DNA from: Leptogorgia sarmentosa | Lineage: Eukaryota | Direction of reading: 5' to 3' | Length of the DNA stretch: 64,000 nucleotides | Assembly (NCBI GenBank): GCA_964658305.1 | Contig: OZ210884.1 | Coordinates: forward strand, 5,332,001-5,396,000 | Shown: positions 35,675-49,808 of the stretch, in pieces | How the letters are laid out: each line of letters starts with the position of its first letter | Position numbering within the stretch: the first letter of the stretch is position 1 | The notes under the pieces: generated by a model | Seen by the model: the letters and a program-made list of their open reading frames with translations, nothing else | Database searches by the model: none | Told to the model about the DNA's origin: nothing | Made by a program: the position numbers and the translations under genes

Positions 35675-38600
35675 AGCACGAACTTTCTTCGGATCAACAA
35701 ATTTTGCTGAAGTAGTATTCTCACAGATTTCACGTCACTGAAGCGCAGTTCTCAAGTTTGTTTCAAGCATTCCCAATTACTTTACCAAATTTGGGATGTT
35801 GTTGCAATGTCTACTTCCGAATTGTACAAAATAAATTATTCACTGTAAACTAACAAATATATTGAACCAAAATAACAAGCACTGTACGTGTAGTAAACAT
35901 AAATTTTCAATTTTCAGTGTTTTAAAGTACAGATTTGAAGAATTAGCTATAATCAAAATCTTGACAATCTTATAGTATTTAGAAGAATCAAGACAAACGT
36001 TGAAGTGACCTGATTTAGTCCACTGTAATACAGTCGGCATTTTCTATAAATCGCACAGGCGGCACAGCCAGTTTTGATTACAATCTTCTGCAATCGTTTT
36101 TGTAATCGAAGAAGCATTTAATCTTTAGAATATACACGAGCTATTGTACATAATTATCAAGCTTATTAATATACATGCAGTTAATTAAAAAAAGATTGTC
36201 CTTTGTTCGGAGCTAGCTTTGTTAACTTGCTGCCAGGGTTAAAATTTAATGTAGCATTTTAGTTTTTGTACCCCCTCCTCTCTCTGGACTCTCTTAATTC
36301 AGTGCAATTTTCAATCTTTCAACAGTTTGAAAAATAAGTCAGTCTAATAGATTGAATTTAGATTGATAAATACTCTTTCTGTGTCCCATTCCATTAATAT
36401 GTACGTCAGTCGATTAAGCCCACTAAAAATCAATTTACTTAAAACTTTACTCAAAAATATAATTTTAGGCCAATCATATTGCTCAAACTTCGCGAGTGGG
36501 GCAATGACGGGCCAAGAGTAAGCTTCTTTAAATCGGAAAAGATTGAAATTAGATTCATTTTTCTTCCAATCGCGCGTAGGATTGATTTTGAAAGGGAAAT
36601 TTTTGGTAATAGATTGAAGAGTCAGAGTATACCTGCATGTTTACTTCGATCTACGAAACCCAAAGAAAAAACTCACTGATACACACAAGCTTTCTAATCT
36701 AGTGAAGCATTTCAGAACAGAAAACATTTGATCTTTTAAACTTTTAACTTTGTACATGCATACTTGTTTCATTTCATTAGCGAATATTATGTCAACAAAT
36801 ACTTTTAGATATACAAACAACCTGTTAGAAAATTTTGTCTTGAATCATCCCATAGCCAGTGTTAACCTAACCGGCTCATTGTGCAGCTTACATTCTAAGT
36901 ATGGATGCAAAGTGTATTGGGAACACAAGCAATAATAAAACGATAACTATAAGATCTATTTCACAAATTTCACATGTTTTTGTTTTTGTTTGCTGTAACT
37001 ATGCATCGTTGTCTTGCTCACTTCAAACACCAGATGTATACTATTTTTACAAAATATACTACATTCATTTGGAAATTTGTAGGTTTGATTCATTCCAGCA
37101 CAATTTTGCCCACTGCAAAACACAGGAAAAGAGAAAACTTGTCTAACCGATGTTCTTCACTTACTTAAGTTTATCAATTTTATGGTTGCTTATTGTTTCG
37201 TCTTCATAAAGGTTTAATGCGTGCATGTACGTATGTAGGAACAATCATTCCTTTTCATGTCATACAAGCCTCTACCTACTGTACCTCGTGAATGTATTGT
37301 GTGTATTTTGAATGAGACTATCAATAATTATCAAGGTAATGATAATTATAATTAATTTAGATTGTTCCAACGTTAAGTTTGCAATAAAAACGATCTTCAC
37401 CATTACCAATAGTCAATACTTTAAAATTTGCTCGCTTGAACATACATTAATTTAGCTAACGAATAATAATATGTGTTGTGATATTGAATGAATTTCCTTT
37501 CATGACAAGCAACGTTTGTCTCCGTACATGTTGTTTTGGCAAAGCGCAGCGTGCCCATATGGTGAGCCTTTTGTCAAGCTCATGCGGGGGGACTGCCCAC
37601 AACAGAGAGATTTACAATTGCTTTTGCCGCGGCATATCAAAGATTAAAAGTTAATGGACGCTGCCAGTGTAATGTATTGCGATCCTCGTTTCGCAAAGTC
37701 AATTTGCACGCTAGTCATTTTTCCCACGATGAAAAATAATTCTCCAAAGTGATTTAAGAACCAGTTACATTTATAATAATATATTAGCTACTCTTATCTG
37801 AACTCATGATAAAACAGTCTTCATTGTTCAGTATTGTCATGCATGCAACCCCATAGAAATTACTTTTAGACAATCAATAGAAATTTTCTTCTTCAGCTAG
37901 AATATATTATAATAGCACGAAATTTGGTTTGCTCAATACTCAAAATCAGCTGGGTCAAACCAGTTCTATGAGAACCATATATACAAACTCACATTACACC
38001 GTGCAGCGTTGGAGAGCCATATCTTTGCTATCTCTCCAATTAATTTTACCACTAAATTACTTTTGTGTGCGCTCTTCTGCTCGTACGTAGAATTATAGAA
38101 ATCTGTTCCACATTTATACACGCCCTACTGCCCTAGTTCTGGTCTAGCAAGATTTCAGTAGTTTGTATACAAACAAAAACAGCATGCATGGACGACATGA
38201 TCTAATATGGCACTAAGGGAAAACCGAGTTGAATCAGATAAACAATTGGGGAATAATGCATTTTATTACGGCAGTGAAAATGATAAAACATGGATAAAAC
38301 TTCAAGGACTTTGTTTAAAAATTCCTCGATTTTTAATTTAATATATATAGCTACAGCAATTTTAACTGGAAGTTTTGTTAAATAATGTTGGCTAATTTGG
38401 TTGGATTATGATTACAAGTCACTATCATTGATATAGTATGATAAAAAAGTGAAATCCGTGTAATTGTTAAATATCCAACTTTTTAATGATTTGTATGATA
38501 TGCTTTCAAAATGCCTGTGCACCGCAAAGCATGCAGATAATTGTCATACATTTGACGAGTTTTTAATGCTCTTAACTTTGTTTACTTAAATTAAACGTCT

Positions 38601-39069
38601 TAACCTGCCTCTCTGATAATATTTGCATATTGCACTGTTTCGACATTTTAAGAAAATTATAATGGTAGCTGATGTTTGTATTCGGGTTTCCGTTCATTTG
38701 GTAGAAATTTTAAGTCAATACTTACAATACACTTATTTTATGTCAATACACGCGATGTACCTATAATGTTTTTGCCGAGCAACGGAAATTAAAGAAATAT
38801 TTAATCGTGAGTTAATTGATACTAGTTTTTTTCGAATCGATCATACCAATTTTTACAACCATGTAATTTCTTAAAGTCCGCCTTCAATTGCAGGAAAACA
38901 TGATCCTGAGGGCTTATTTTTTATTTTAGTTGAAGTTAATCTTGTCCCCGCGTTTCTTCGTAGAAGTTCATGTCTCCAGCGATCGAGCGATCCGCCCCAT
39001 TCTAAGTTTCGTTCTGCCGAACCTGTTCAGACGATATTCTCTCTATTATAGACACTGTATATAGAGATT

Positions 39070-39148
39070 CCTAACCCTGACTCCTTACCCCTTACCTCTA
39101 ACTCCTATCCCTAACCCTAACCCTAACTTGTAACCTTATAACCTAACG
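39070..39148. repeat. Degenerate interstitial (CCCTAA)n telomere-like tract
   Basis: ccctaaccctaaccctaac flanked by degenerate hexamers. Confidence 0.55.
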
Positions 39149-39936
39149 CTATTGCAACATGTACATTTTCAAGAAGCAGCCAAATTAAGGGACACTTTGA
39201 TCACTTCACTTTTCAAAGATCAGAAATCGACCATTTATTTGACATGTATGTAAAGCTTTGCCGACTTTTCGACCTTTGCAAACCTCAAATTCTAAGCGCG
39301 CAAAGCTTAATGGGAGCAACGTTTCAAGCTCAGGAGTGAAATATTGTAACCTTTTGTGAATTAATTATTCTCGTAAGCAGTCATTTACTATTTTCCTAAG
39401 AAGTGGAGAGGTCATATTTTCTAAACTGATGCTTCTCCCATCATCCTTTGCTTTCTGAGACTGAGAGTACACAAGCTAGTTTAAAGGTTTACAATTTATG
39501 GCTTGGAAAACCTTTATTGAATCAGCTGTAGTAACACGTGAATTGCAATGTCTCCCTCTTAATTGACAGAAGGAAACTGTTTCGAAATATCATAGAGTAA
39601 ATAAAATACTTCCATCACCATTATTACAATATTACATTAATATTGCTCTGTTGTTGATCCTGCATGCTTGTTCTCCTGAATGGATATTGGTCCTTAATTA
39701 CTAGGCCTCAACAAGAAAGTTGATGAGAGTTGGCATTATTGAGGGGACATTTCGGGCTCCAGAGTAACAAAATAAATGTTTGTTAATTAATTAATGTTCC
39801 AAGTATATGTTTAGTATTCCAACTATATGTTTTAACTTAAATAACTTAAATAGAATACATGATAGATTGATGGTGTCGTGAAAGCATTGGAACAGCGAAC
39901 CAACTCTTTTACATGCACATTCTCATCTTTGCTTGA

Positions 39937-40256
39937 CAGGGATTATTCTAAGGAAATTTTATCACTGCACAAAAGCACAAAAAAATATAAAAATCTGTGA
40001 ATATAAAGTTGTGTTGGAAAATGTCTGACTGCCCAATTCAGAACATCAAACTGTTTCCTATTTTCCTATTTAGCTTTTTGCTAAAATATGTAAAGTTATG
40101 AAACTATTGCTGTTGTATATGCTTAAAGTCATTCCCAAATTCTAATAAATGATGAATAACATATTTTATTCACTGCACAAAATGTATTTTATCACTGCAC
40201 AATTCTCATTTATCACTGCACAAATTGGTTATCACTGCACCTTAGAATAATCCCTG
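39937..40256. mobile_element. hAT-type MITE, 320 bp
   Basis: Perfect 17-bp TIRs CAGGGATTATTCTAAGG; perfect 8-bp TSD TTGCTTGA; five sub-terminal ttat(t)cactgcac motifs. Confidence 0.9.
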
Positions 40257-43200
40257 TTGCTTGATCCGAGCGAAATAGTGTTGAAATGTTTCTCCGAATG
40301 AAAGATTATCAATGTGGGGTTCCCAAATACCCCTCCTTTTTTATTTAATAACAATGTTCCCAGAGTGTTTACGTATGGCCCCGCTGTTCCGACATCCTAA
40401 TGTATTTGTACTTCAATAGTTATATATATAAATTTCAGAAACACTGCATGGTATGAAAAATACGATATTTTGCCGATATAATAAAACAGTTTTACAAGAC
40501 AAAACATATACTAGTGCTTTGTACGCTATATATGGAAAAATATTTGTCTTTGCATTGTAAATAGGATTTTATAGAATCTTGTAGAAAAATAAATTACAAC
40601 GTTAATAGATTTAGATGGATCTTAGGGAGCGCTCTGCATTTCAAACTGCGAGCGAGAAAGACGTCATGTCGTGCAATTGATGAGAAAATGGAGAGTGCTT
40701 TCAAACAAATAGGACTCCTTAGCGTTGGGCATAGCACGACATCTGGAACTCAAACTGTGCGACTTGTTACCTGTTAAAACATGGAGGAAAAAAGAATCAA
40801 AATAAAATTGATGAAGGCAAAAACGACCTCACACAAAGAATAATAGAGAGTTTTGCCATGCTGAGATCCAACTGTTCTGCAACGGAAATGTTCCAATATA
40901 TTTATTTTGAGAGAAAACATTGCACTCTAATATAGTGGGAAAATATTTTTCTTGGGTGTGACTAAATTTCCAAAAGCTGATTCATCGTTACACAACTACT
41001 CAATTGATGTTAATTATATGTGAAACGTTTGGGATATTATTTTATTACACTTTAATACCCATGTCCAACAGCTAAAGATGTAGCTACATAATAATGCCAG
41101 TATGGTTGCCAGCTCGTTGTTCATTTGAATTGGTTCCTCTTTTCGAATTGTGGTGGGTGGGGTTCGATCATTTAGGCAGATCCATTATTTATGAAACCTT
41201 CAGTGAAGTATAGGAAGCCATATTGGCATTCTTTAGATCATATCTTTGCAGAACACTTCTCGCAACATGTTAGGCCTTGCCATGTATTTATTTTCCATCC
41301 AGGCGCCTTTATTTTCAAGGAAGTGTGATTCATCATTGTGATAACTGTTCTCTGTGCTCATTAATTGGACTACATGCACTGTTTTTAAATTTCGTTCCCT
41401 GTAGTCGATATTCTAATTCTAAGACAATTGTTGTATGCATGTGCATTTAATGCTTCCAAATGTTAAGGAGAAAAACTATAAACACTGCATTCAACCTTAG
41501 AAGGTGAAGCATTGAATTTAAAGCTGACGTTAGACATGATGTTTTTAATGACGATTCACACCACAGCGAGCTACTAAACCAATCAAATTTTGTGCAACTT
41601 CATTTGCACCGCGAATCGTCGTTGAAAAGCACCCAGTGTAACATCAGCTTAACAACAAATTCTTTGCAACGCCTATATATTGTTGTGTGGAGTTGTTTCT
41701 ATCCCACAAAATCATATACTAATAAAGATTTCATGCTGAACGTATCTCGATACAACTGTTGCAACTGCTGCATAATAAATACCGTGCTGATATAGCACAG
41801 TTCTCAATTTGTTTCACTGGGTTTCACACTGACGAAAAACAGCAGTCGTTTGAATACAACAATTAATGTTGGAGATATGAACTGCAGTTGGGATTAAATA
41901 GTATTTGAATTGCTTCAATTAAGTAACAACTGGAAAAACCAGCCGGGGAGGAGTACTAGTGTCATTAATCCAGTGAAACAATCCAGAAGCAGGTCTAAAG
42001 AATATTTCCTACTTTGTGCATTTCTATGTGCACCTTCAAAACATGCGGGTTAGATTATATAAATGTTTAAACGGGCATATATTATTGTTATATCGATAAA
42101 CATGAGATTTATTAATACTTCTTTACAGTCTGTGCATTTATAATTATTACTATATTGCAGACACATGCTGAGATACAGCTGCGTGTATGCAATATGAAAT
42201 TGGTGATTTGTAAATGTGCATGCATGGTTTCCAACTTATTCATACTATTACAGAAAACTGTGCATTAAAACTGCTGCCCAACTCGAGGCCAAGGTAAGGA
42301 TACCAACGAGAGGGCTGCTTGGCCATTTGTACTCTTGCCTGCAAGCAGGTGTACGTACGCAGCTTTTTTGGTTAAAAATCTCACCCGCAAGAACTTGCTA
42401 AAAGCTTGTCTTGTCTGTTAACCTACAGCAGAAGAGGGAGTTTTTCGTTCGTTTGCTGCCCGACCATGCAAGATATTAATGTAAAATAATAATTAATGTC
42501 CTCTTGTAAATTACAGATTTTTATGAATGCGAACATTTTATTAAAAAAGAAGTCCAATATTAAAGTTTGTTTAGGTATATTTACGTCAGAAACATGAAGA
42601 TGAAGCAATATCATAAATAAAATATTGCAACCTCCACCTAAAAGTTATACAACAGGAAAATGCATTATATTCATTTTGATCTTGACCTTCAGCATGCATG
42701 AACTTGGGCTAGCTCTAATTTTACGTCTTCTTGAACTTGTTCTGTAAACGCTTTTTTCCATTTTAGTTAATTGAATAGAAACTTGCATGCAAAATCCTAA
42801 CCAGTCCATCTTGTTACAATTCAACTATGAATTTTTTTAATTTTGTTTCTGAAATTTTGTATACTGGCCCATGCAGGCAAGCATTCTTTGGTTGTGACTT
42901 TGATTCATGATATTGCTTTATATCGTGTCATCAATATACTGATTTGGTTTATGCGTGAAGTTCAAGGTGACAAGCGGGATCTAAATATACCAGAACACTT
43001 GGTTTATCACGGATATACAAATATACCTCTATCCCGCCCTTCTCCTCTTGAGTATAGCAAAATTAATTAAGAGCGCGGTAAGGACAGGGCACATAAAGGA
43101 TATAGAATAATATTGCGAGCTATTGTAGTTAAATAGAGAGTTTCCCACTCAAAGAAACAAGACCACACTGGGAGATCCACTTAGACAGGTCAATATTGTA

Positions 43201-46200
43201 ATCAAACACAACACAGGATATTGTTGATTTAATCTTCTCCCAAACTTTTTTATACTTTCAAATAAATGAATTGTTAAAGCAACGTTTTTTTCTTTTTGAC
43301 GTTCCTTAAAAGTTATGACCTCAAGCTATATGATGCATATTCAGTGTAGATTTAAAAACGTCTGAAGATGTTATATATAGTATACGTTATTAAACTTCCA
43401 ATTTTAATCTTGCATGGTTGATTATTTCGTCCCTGTTCCTTATTTTCTTCTAAAATCCCTTCCTTAGCGGAAGGAAACGTTTGCTATAATTGGTAGGAAT
43501 ACTCATAGTATGACTTTTTTCCACTAAATTTTTCATGACAGTTACCTTCAAGTGTAAAATGAAAAGCTTGCAGTCTATATACGTATATAAGACCTGCATG
43601 GGTGTTTTTGTCTAGGAGTTTTCTCACACAATAATTTCAATCGTTGATTCTGGCGAATGGATTAATTTTTATTGAATAAAAATTACTGCATGCTTACGCC
43701 ATGCATCATTCTGTTTCATCTTTGGGTAATTCTCGTTACATAAACCTGATTAATGCGTTTGATTTGACTTGTAAACCTGTTCACTATTGAGCTAGTAAAG
43801 AGTTTCCAAAATAAAATGATGTCAAAGAGGATTTTTATTATACGATAAACCTCAGAAAATAGAGCTTGTTTGGCAAAATATTGCAAGTTATTTGATGTAA
43901 AATGAGAGAATGAAATGAAAGAAACCCGGTTCTGCTTCGTTACAGCATTATAACCGCACATGATTCATCATGATCCCGCCGTGACCAATAAAAACGGTTC
44001 ATATAAGACTTATCCTAACATGGGCATTTATTTGAATTATTTCCAACTTTTCTAACCTTTCGACTCGTATTTTTTGTGTGCTGATTAACTTACCAGGTAA
44101 ATTATTGCCAAATATCCCACAATAAACACGACGTTTATTCCTCGTATTGTTAACACGCTTTCGAATAAAAATCACCAGTCCTTTGTAGTATGGAGACTGC
44201 TTCGTTCGAAAGTCCTAAATGTCTCATTTATTTTCAAATGGTAGCTGCATGCACAACTGTATATTTTTCGACTGAATTTCCAAGTTTGGGAGATCCTTTT
44301 TTCAGTTGAGGCCGATCACTTTCAAACTATGTACATATGTGCATGAGGAGTATTTTGAATGCAATCCTTTATTTAAGCATACGACAACAGCTTTATAGTT
44401 AATCTCATGCGAGGTCATTGTAAAAATATGTCAACACTGCATGGGCCCAACATTTGGGATAAAAACTACGGTAATTTCAGTGTATTGCAGAGAATTAAAC
44501 AACTGATACGCTCAGCTCCCTTTTTCGATTCATTGTACAGACTGCTGCATATATTCAAAACATAAAATTAATTTACAACATACGTTTTACCCATGTGCAC
44601 GAATACCATGCAAATTGTTCATTTGCTGTCCTAGTTGTATGTGCTACTGCCTTTAGGATTAAACAGCATGAGCTGAGGTTAAATACTATACAAGGTGAAA
44701 TGTTCTATGTTTATATGCATATATAGTGGGAAAAATCGCGTACTTTATTAGCACAATAAAAACTAACGCCACATGCATAGAACATTGCTTTCCAACAGAG
44801 CAAAGGAAAACCTGTGTTAATGGAACCGTGGGGGAAAATGATTTCCAATCAAGGCTAATGTACAATCTTAAGAGATGAATTTCCGTGCGACAATGTAAAG
44901 AAAATGCGGGGAAATTTTGAGTTCGCTCCAAACAAACGGATGCCTAATTTCAGACCGTATTTTCGATAATGTTTTATTCAAATAAGCTAGACGATGCCTA
45001 TTGACAATATGAAAAATGAATTTAATTTATAAAAGATAGAATTGTCAATAATAGCATGGTTTTCTATTTTGTGATAGAAAATTTCCCCAATGTTCTTTTA
45101 GATAAAAGATTGATAAGAGAGGAAACATCTTAGTTAAATTAGCGTTGCGTTTGGTCGGCATTTACTGAACACAGTGATCGGTATTAATGAAACAAACTAC
45201 GAGTCGGTACCTCTTTGATCTAATATAATACCGCCCAAATGTATTATGCCATTTTTGAAAAGAACTAAGATATATTTATTACTTAATAAATACAATGGTT
45301 TCTAGAAGCGCGTTGTAGAAATTAAACTGGAAAAAATGTCACAGGAATGATAGAATAATTTCTATATATTAGGGTAAAGTAAGACTAAACCGAGTTGGAA
45401 AGACTTCAAGTTATATACATTGCACCATGGAGGGTTTTAGCGAGACCACAATGATATTAAGTGGAACATCTCAGTAGGGCTTCAACGGGAGGCTCGATTG
45501 ATGAAAACTTGTGGTAAAACTTGCACGAAACTTTCTACGCTACGTACTACAACTGAAAACAAACATTTCATTTTGGATTTCATGTAGAATTGCGCGAAAA
45601 ATTGCGAGATTAGGCAGCGTGGGTGTAATTCAGCCGTGAAATAGCTATCTACAAATTATCTTACTTTTATTATTTGCCGACAGCTTTATTGTACAATGCA
45701 TAAACTCATTCACACTTTCCTAGTGTTTGCTCTTTACCTAATTTAACGCAAATACTAACACTTATATCTAAACCATAAAGTCAGACCTAATGTGGTAACA
45801 ATTACGATATTTCAGTTAACACAACCATAAAGGAAAATAATATCATGCATCATTATAATTTATAAAAGGATGCCTCGTAAATAATTGCAATGTAGATGTG
45901 AGTGAGTTGCCTTCCATTTAAAGAATGAAAACGAAATCATTACATTGATGAACGAAATAATCTTTTAGATTGAAACTTGAAAGAAGATCGCTATACAGCC
46001 GGTATAAGTTTAAATGTGTGGATATACGGCGGCTTCATTTTATTTGACATTGTCATAGCCCAGGTCGTCTGTATATGTATATGCATAAATGATATATTAT
46101 AATAGAATTCACTGTTATCCGTCTATTCTCTGATCGCTAGCATACATGCAAGGCATGGATGCATTTGATATATTGAATGCATTTCGACCTAATTATATTA

Positions 46201-48587
46201 TATCATATATACCATTCCAACAAGGATCTCGGCTAACCTGAATGCAGATACGTTTCTTAAGTTGCTGGTAAAAATTTTATGCATGGTAAAATTGGAAAAT
46301 ATTATTCACACTAACAAACCATTTGATATGGGACTGGGATTAAGCGAGCTTCGCAGAATTATGACACACCGCGATTGAGAATCTCAGTCAGTCTATACAT
46401 GCAGAGAGGCCTATAAAATAAATAAAACACATTAATGGCGGTGGTTTAAAGCGAAGATGCGAGAAACGTTTCTTCAAATACATAAAGCATTGCATGATAA
46501 GCTAGATATATAATAGGACGCACAACAGTCAAAATTTCCACTTCGCTTTCTATATTATGAGTTTAGTTTTTGTAACTAAGAGTTTTGATGAAAAATTACG
46601 TTCAACTCTTGTGACTGATGTATGCGAGAGTTTTTCGTGCTATCTTATTCACATTAAAATTGACATTGATGGATTTGAACTAAGCTGATATTCATGTGCA
46701 TACGTGCAGTGAAACTACGGATTGCATGACTCTAGAATACCCACCCTAAAAAAAACTGTTGACATGTAAAGCTATAAAAAATACAAGTCAACAAAACGAC
46801 ACTCGAACTAAAATAAGGTGATCATTGTTTGTATGAAAACAAATATTGGTGTACAAATATGTACATGGACTGCTTTTTAATGTAAAATTGATCAAATATA
46901 GGATATTATCGTACATGCGTTTCCACATGATTCATTTTTTGCGTTATTTCATAGCCTGCCACGCGAATTTTTTTTTTGAGATTGCTGAAAATGAAATGCT
47001 TTATACAATTCTTTAACGTTGGCATTAATAATGAATGACGCGTCAACAGAAATTTTTTATTACATACTGTGCCTAAAATATAACTCAATTTAGGTTAGTT
47101 GCCAAATATCGCGAATTTTTTTCTTGAGAGCAAAATTATTGCGCGCGCCCTCGCAAACAAATCTTTGTTAGTAACACTTCAAAATTTAAGTTGCTGTGAC
47201 AGCGTCAACACGGTTCGCGTGTTCAAATGTTCTTTGATGAATTGTGTCCTAATTTTTAATTACAAATGTAAATAAGGCCGTGTTGGCAAAACGCGTTCCC
47301 CCAAACAGTTTCGATTTAGGAGTACCTTGATCAATTGTCTTTTTATTAATAACGCACACATTTATATCAGGGATATTGACTTTTTCCCAGCCTTGGAAAC
47401 GGATTAACTGAGATCAGTTTAAACACTATTTATATCATGATTCAGCGCAGGAGACATAGTCAAATATCAGTAGGCATGCAGCTCTCTCTTCTTTCTCTCA
47501 AAGCTTTAATTATCGTTACTTGTGGGAGGTCAGTGCTTCAGAAAAATTAATTCTTTTATAGGGTGAACCTTTCAACTTCACACAGATTTTGTTGACTGTA
47601 TATATTCACTGTGTGGTCTAGATATCAGAGCTAATCTCGCGATAAAGCAATTGCTGCAATGCGGCTCAGAAGATAAAATTCAAAGATGCACATACAAAAG
47701 CATAGGGTGTTCCCATACAGGAAAATGTTGTATTTACACGGGCATAGCGTTGAAAAATGAATATACATTGCGATTTTTATTTAGCTGAATTTCATTGAAT
47801 TACTGATAAAAATAAGCCTGATTGCCTTTCAAATTCCCTTTGAAACAAAACTATACGTGCAGTCTGTGTTCACAAAAGGTGGCAAACATGCTTATATTAG
47901 AAGCTGAATAGGCCAACCGCAATAATACAAATCTATTTTGAACAGTAAGAGAATAATCTCAGGCTCTATGAGATAAGCTCAAATTTAACGATAGCCGCAC
48001 AAGTAAACAGATAAATAAAATATGTTTGAAATCTTGTAAAACATTGCGACTGGTCTTCACAGCTTTAGCTAACTTTCCTGAAGAGAATTCTCAGCTTTTC
48101 ACGTCAATTTATTTACAATATTTTTTCAAAGTATAAATTATTGCCGCAAAATGTTTCGTTATAACTTACTTTTACTCCTAAATACAATTTTATAAAATAT
48201 ATGTTCATTGTCATTTCATCAAACATTGTACTGAAATCTTTAAACCAGATATAATAATTCTGATCTTACCAAATCTCAATTTTTCCATTTTCTTTGAGTT
48301 CGACTGATCATTTTGTGTTTATATTTTTATCTTCCCGATCAATCAGACATTTGGTCGGTCAAGTACTTGAAGAACTTCCGGCAAACAGTCAGTGAATGTT
48401 TGAAATTTGGTAGAAAACCATCTTTGTTCGCCACTTGATTATATTCATCTCGAACCTAACTAAATTTATTCGATAGAATCCACTTAGCCAAGTTCTTTGA
48501 GTTTAATGTTTTTGTTTCGTTCGAGAGAACCTGCCTTCGTTGATTCTAATATCCGTGTAATTCGTTCGAATGTGAGTCACTCAAGTG

Positions 48588-49808
48588 TCAATACACCGAT
48601 GGCCGTGTGATGCACACAGGGTTTTCGTAGTCATGTTGACTCACTGCGGTGGACGAAGGGAATCGTGAATACCAGTCCGTCATAGGAGGGAAATTAGAGC
48701 TCGCTTGATAATGTTGTATCGCAGATAGATTAGGCTTCTCGTCCTTGGTTGTCATTGACTTTGCGAGATCGTTCGCTTTCTGATGTAGTTTCATATGTTT
48801 CCTCAGTGAACTCGGATGAGTATAACTCTTATTACAGCCGTCAACTTTACAGATATAAGGTTTATCTGAAGTATGCACATGAGAATGTTTCTTTCGGTCA
48901 CTGGAGTTGGCAAATCGTCGATCACAGCCGGGGTACTCACACATGAAAGGTTTCTCACCCGTATGTGTGCGTTTGTGTATCTTCAGATTCTCCGATCTTG
49001 CGAAAAGTTTACCACAGCCGTGGAAAGGGCAGGGGAAGGGTTTCTCTCCTGTGTGTACGCGAATATGGTTGATGAGCTTGTATTTTGCTTTGAAAGGAAG
49101 GCCATTTCTTACACAACCTTTCCATAAGCAGATGTGAGTCGTAATCTCGGGGCCTCCAACGTGATCTTCACTGAGATGGGTGACAACGTCGTGCATACGG
49201 AAGAATTGCTTGCCGCAAGGTTTTCCTTTGGCGCTGGGTTCGATCCATTGACACACTATGACTTGGTTTAAGAGTTGTCTACCTGGCGGTGGATAAGGGA
49301 ATGGCGGTTGAGGGAATGGCTGTAGGAACTCGAATCTTGCTGGGTTAGGGAATGGAGGAGGGAGCTGTACGCTGTCAGGTTTATCTTCTCTAGGATACAA
49401 ATCGTTATGGCCTCCTGGCGGCATTCTGTAACCAGGATTTGGATAACCGTTCATTCCCTGCATGGGAAAATGCGGCGCAGCTTCGTGAGGATGAGGGATT
49501 TGAAAGAAAGGTGCTGGAGGAGGTGGTGGTGGAGTGTCGTAACGTTCGACCATGGAATTCGGATGAAAATTTGGAATGGAAGTAGCTCCAACTACAGGTC
49601 CTGTTGTGAACATACTGTGCGAAGAAGGATAGTTGACTTTGGATCCCGTGCTTCGACCTTCACTTCGAGTTGGATTTTGATTTGATGATGGAGGTGCTGC
49701 GATTGTCTCACGAGCGTAAATGAAATCATGAGAAGGTCGTCGTTCGGGGTATCCCTGATTCGTCGCGTGATTCGTAGAGACGATTGTTGGTTGATGAGCA
49801 ATCGACAT
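48588..49808 (-). CDS. Zic: Zic-family (odd-paired-like) C2H2 zinc-finger transcription factor, intronless
   Basis: 406-aa ORF with five fingers: CQWIE...HVGGPE...CLW (tandem CWCH2), [58 protein letters not shown] and [14 protein letters not shown]. Minus-strand AATAAA at ~48108-48113. Confidence 0.97.
   Translation of the reverse strand: MSIAHQPTIVSTNHATNQGYPERRPSHDFIYARETIAAPPSSNQNPTRSEGRSTGSKVNYPSSHSMFTTGPVVGATSIPNFHPNSMVERYDTPPPPPPAPFFQIPHPHEAAPHFPMQGMNGYPNPGYRMPPGGHNDLYPREDKPDSVQLPPPFPNPARFEFLQPFPQPPFPYPPPGRQLLNQVIVCQWIEPSAKGKPCGKQFFRMHDVVTHLSEDHVGGPEITTHICLWKGCVRNGLPFKAKYKLINHIRVHTGEKPFPCPFHGCGKLFARSENLKIHKRTHTGEKPFMCEYPGCDRRFANSSDRKKHSHVHTSDKPYICKVDGCNKSYTHPSSLRKHMKLHQKANDLAKSMTTKDEKPNLSAIQHYQASSNFPPMTDWYSRFPSSTAVSQHDYENPVCITRPSVY

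Noticed and set aside
48749..49801. Overlapping ORFs at 48749, 48873, 48907, 49407 and 49592
   Set aside because: Antisense or alternate-frame shadows of the GC-richer Zic CDS, with no recognisable motifs.
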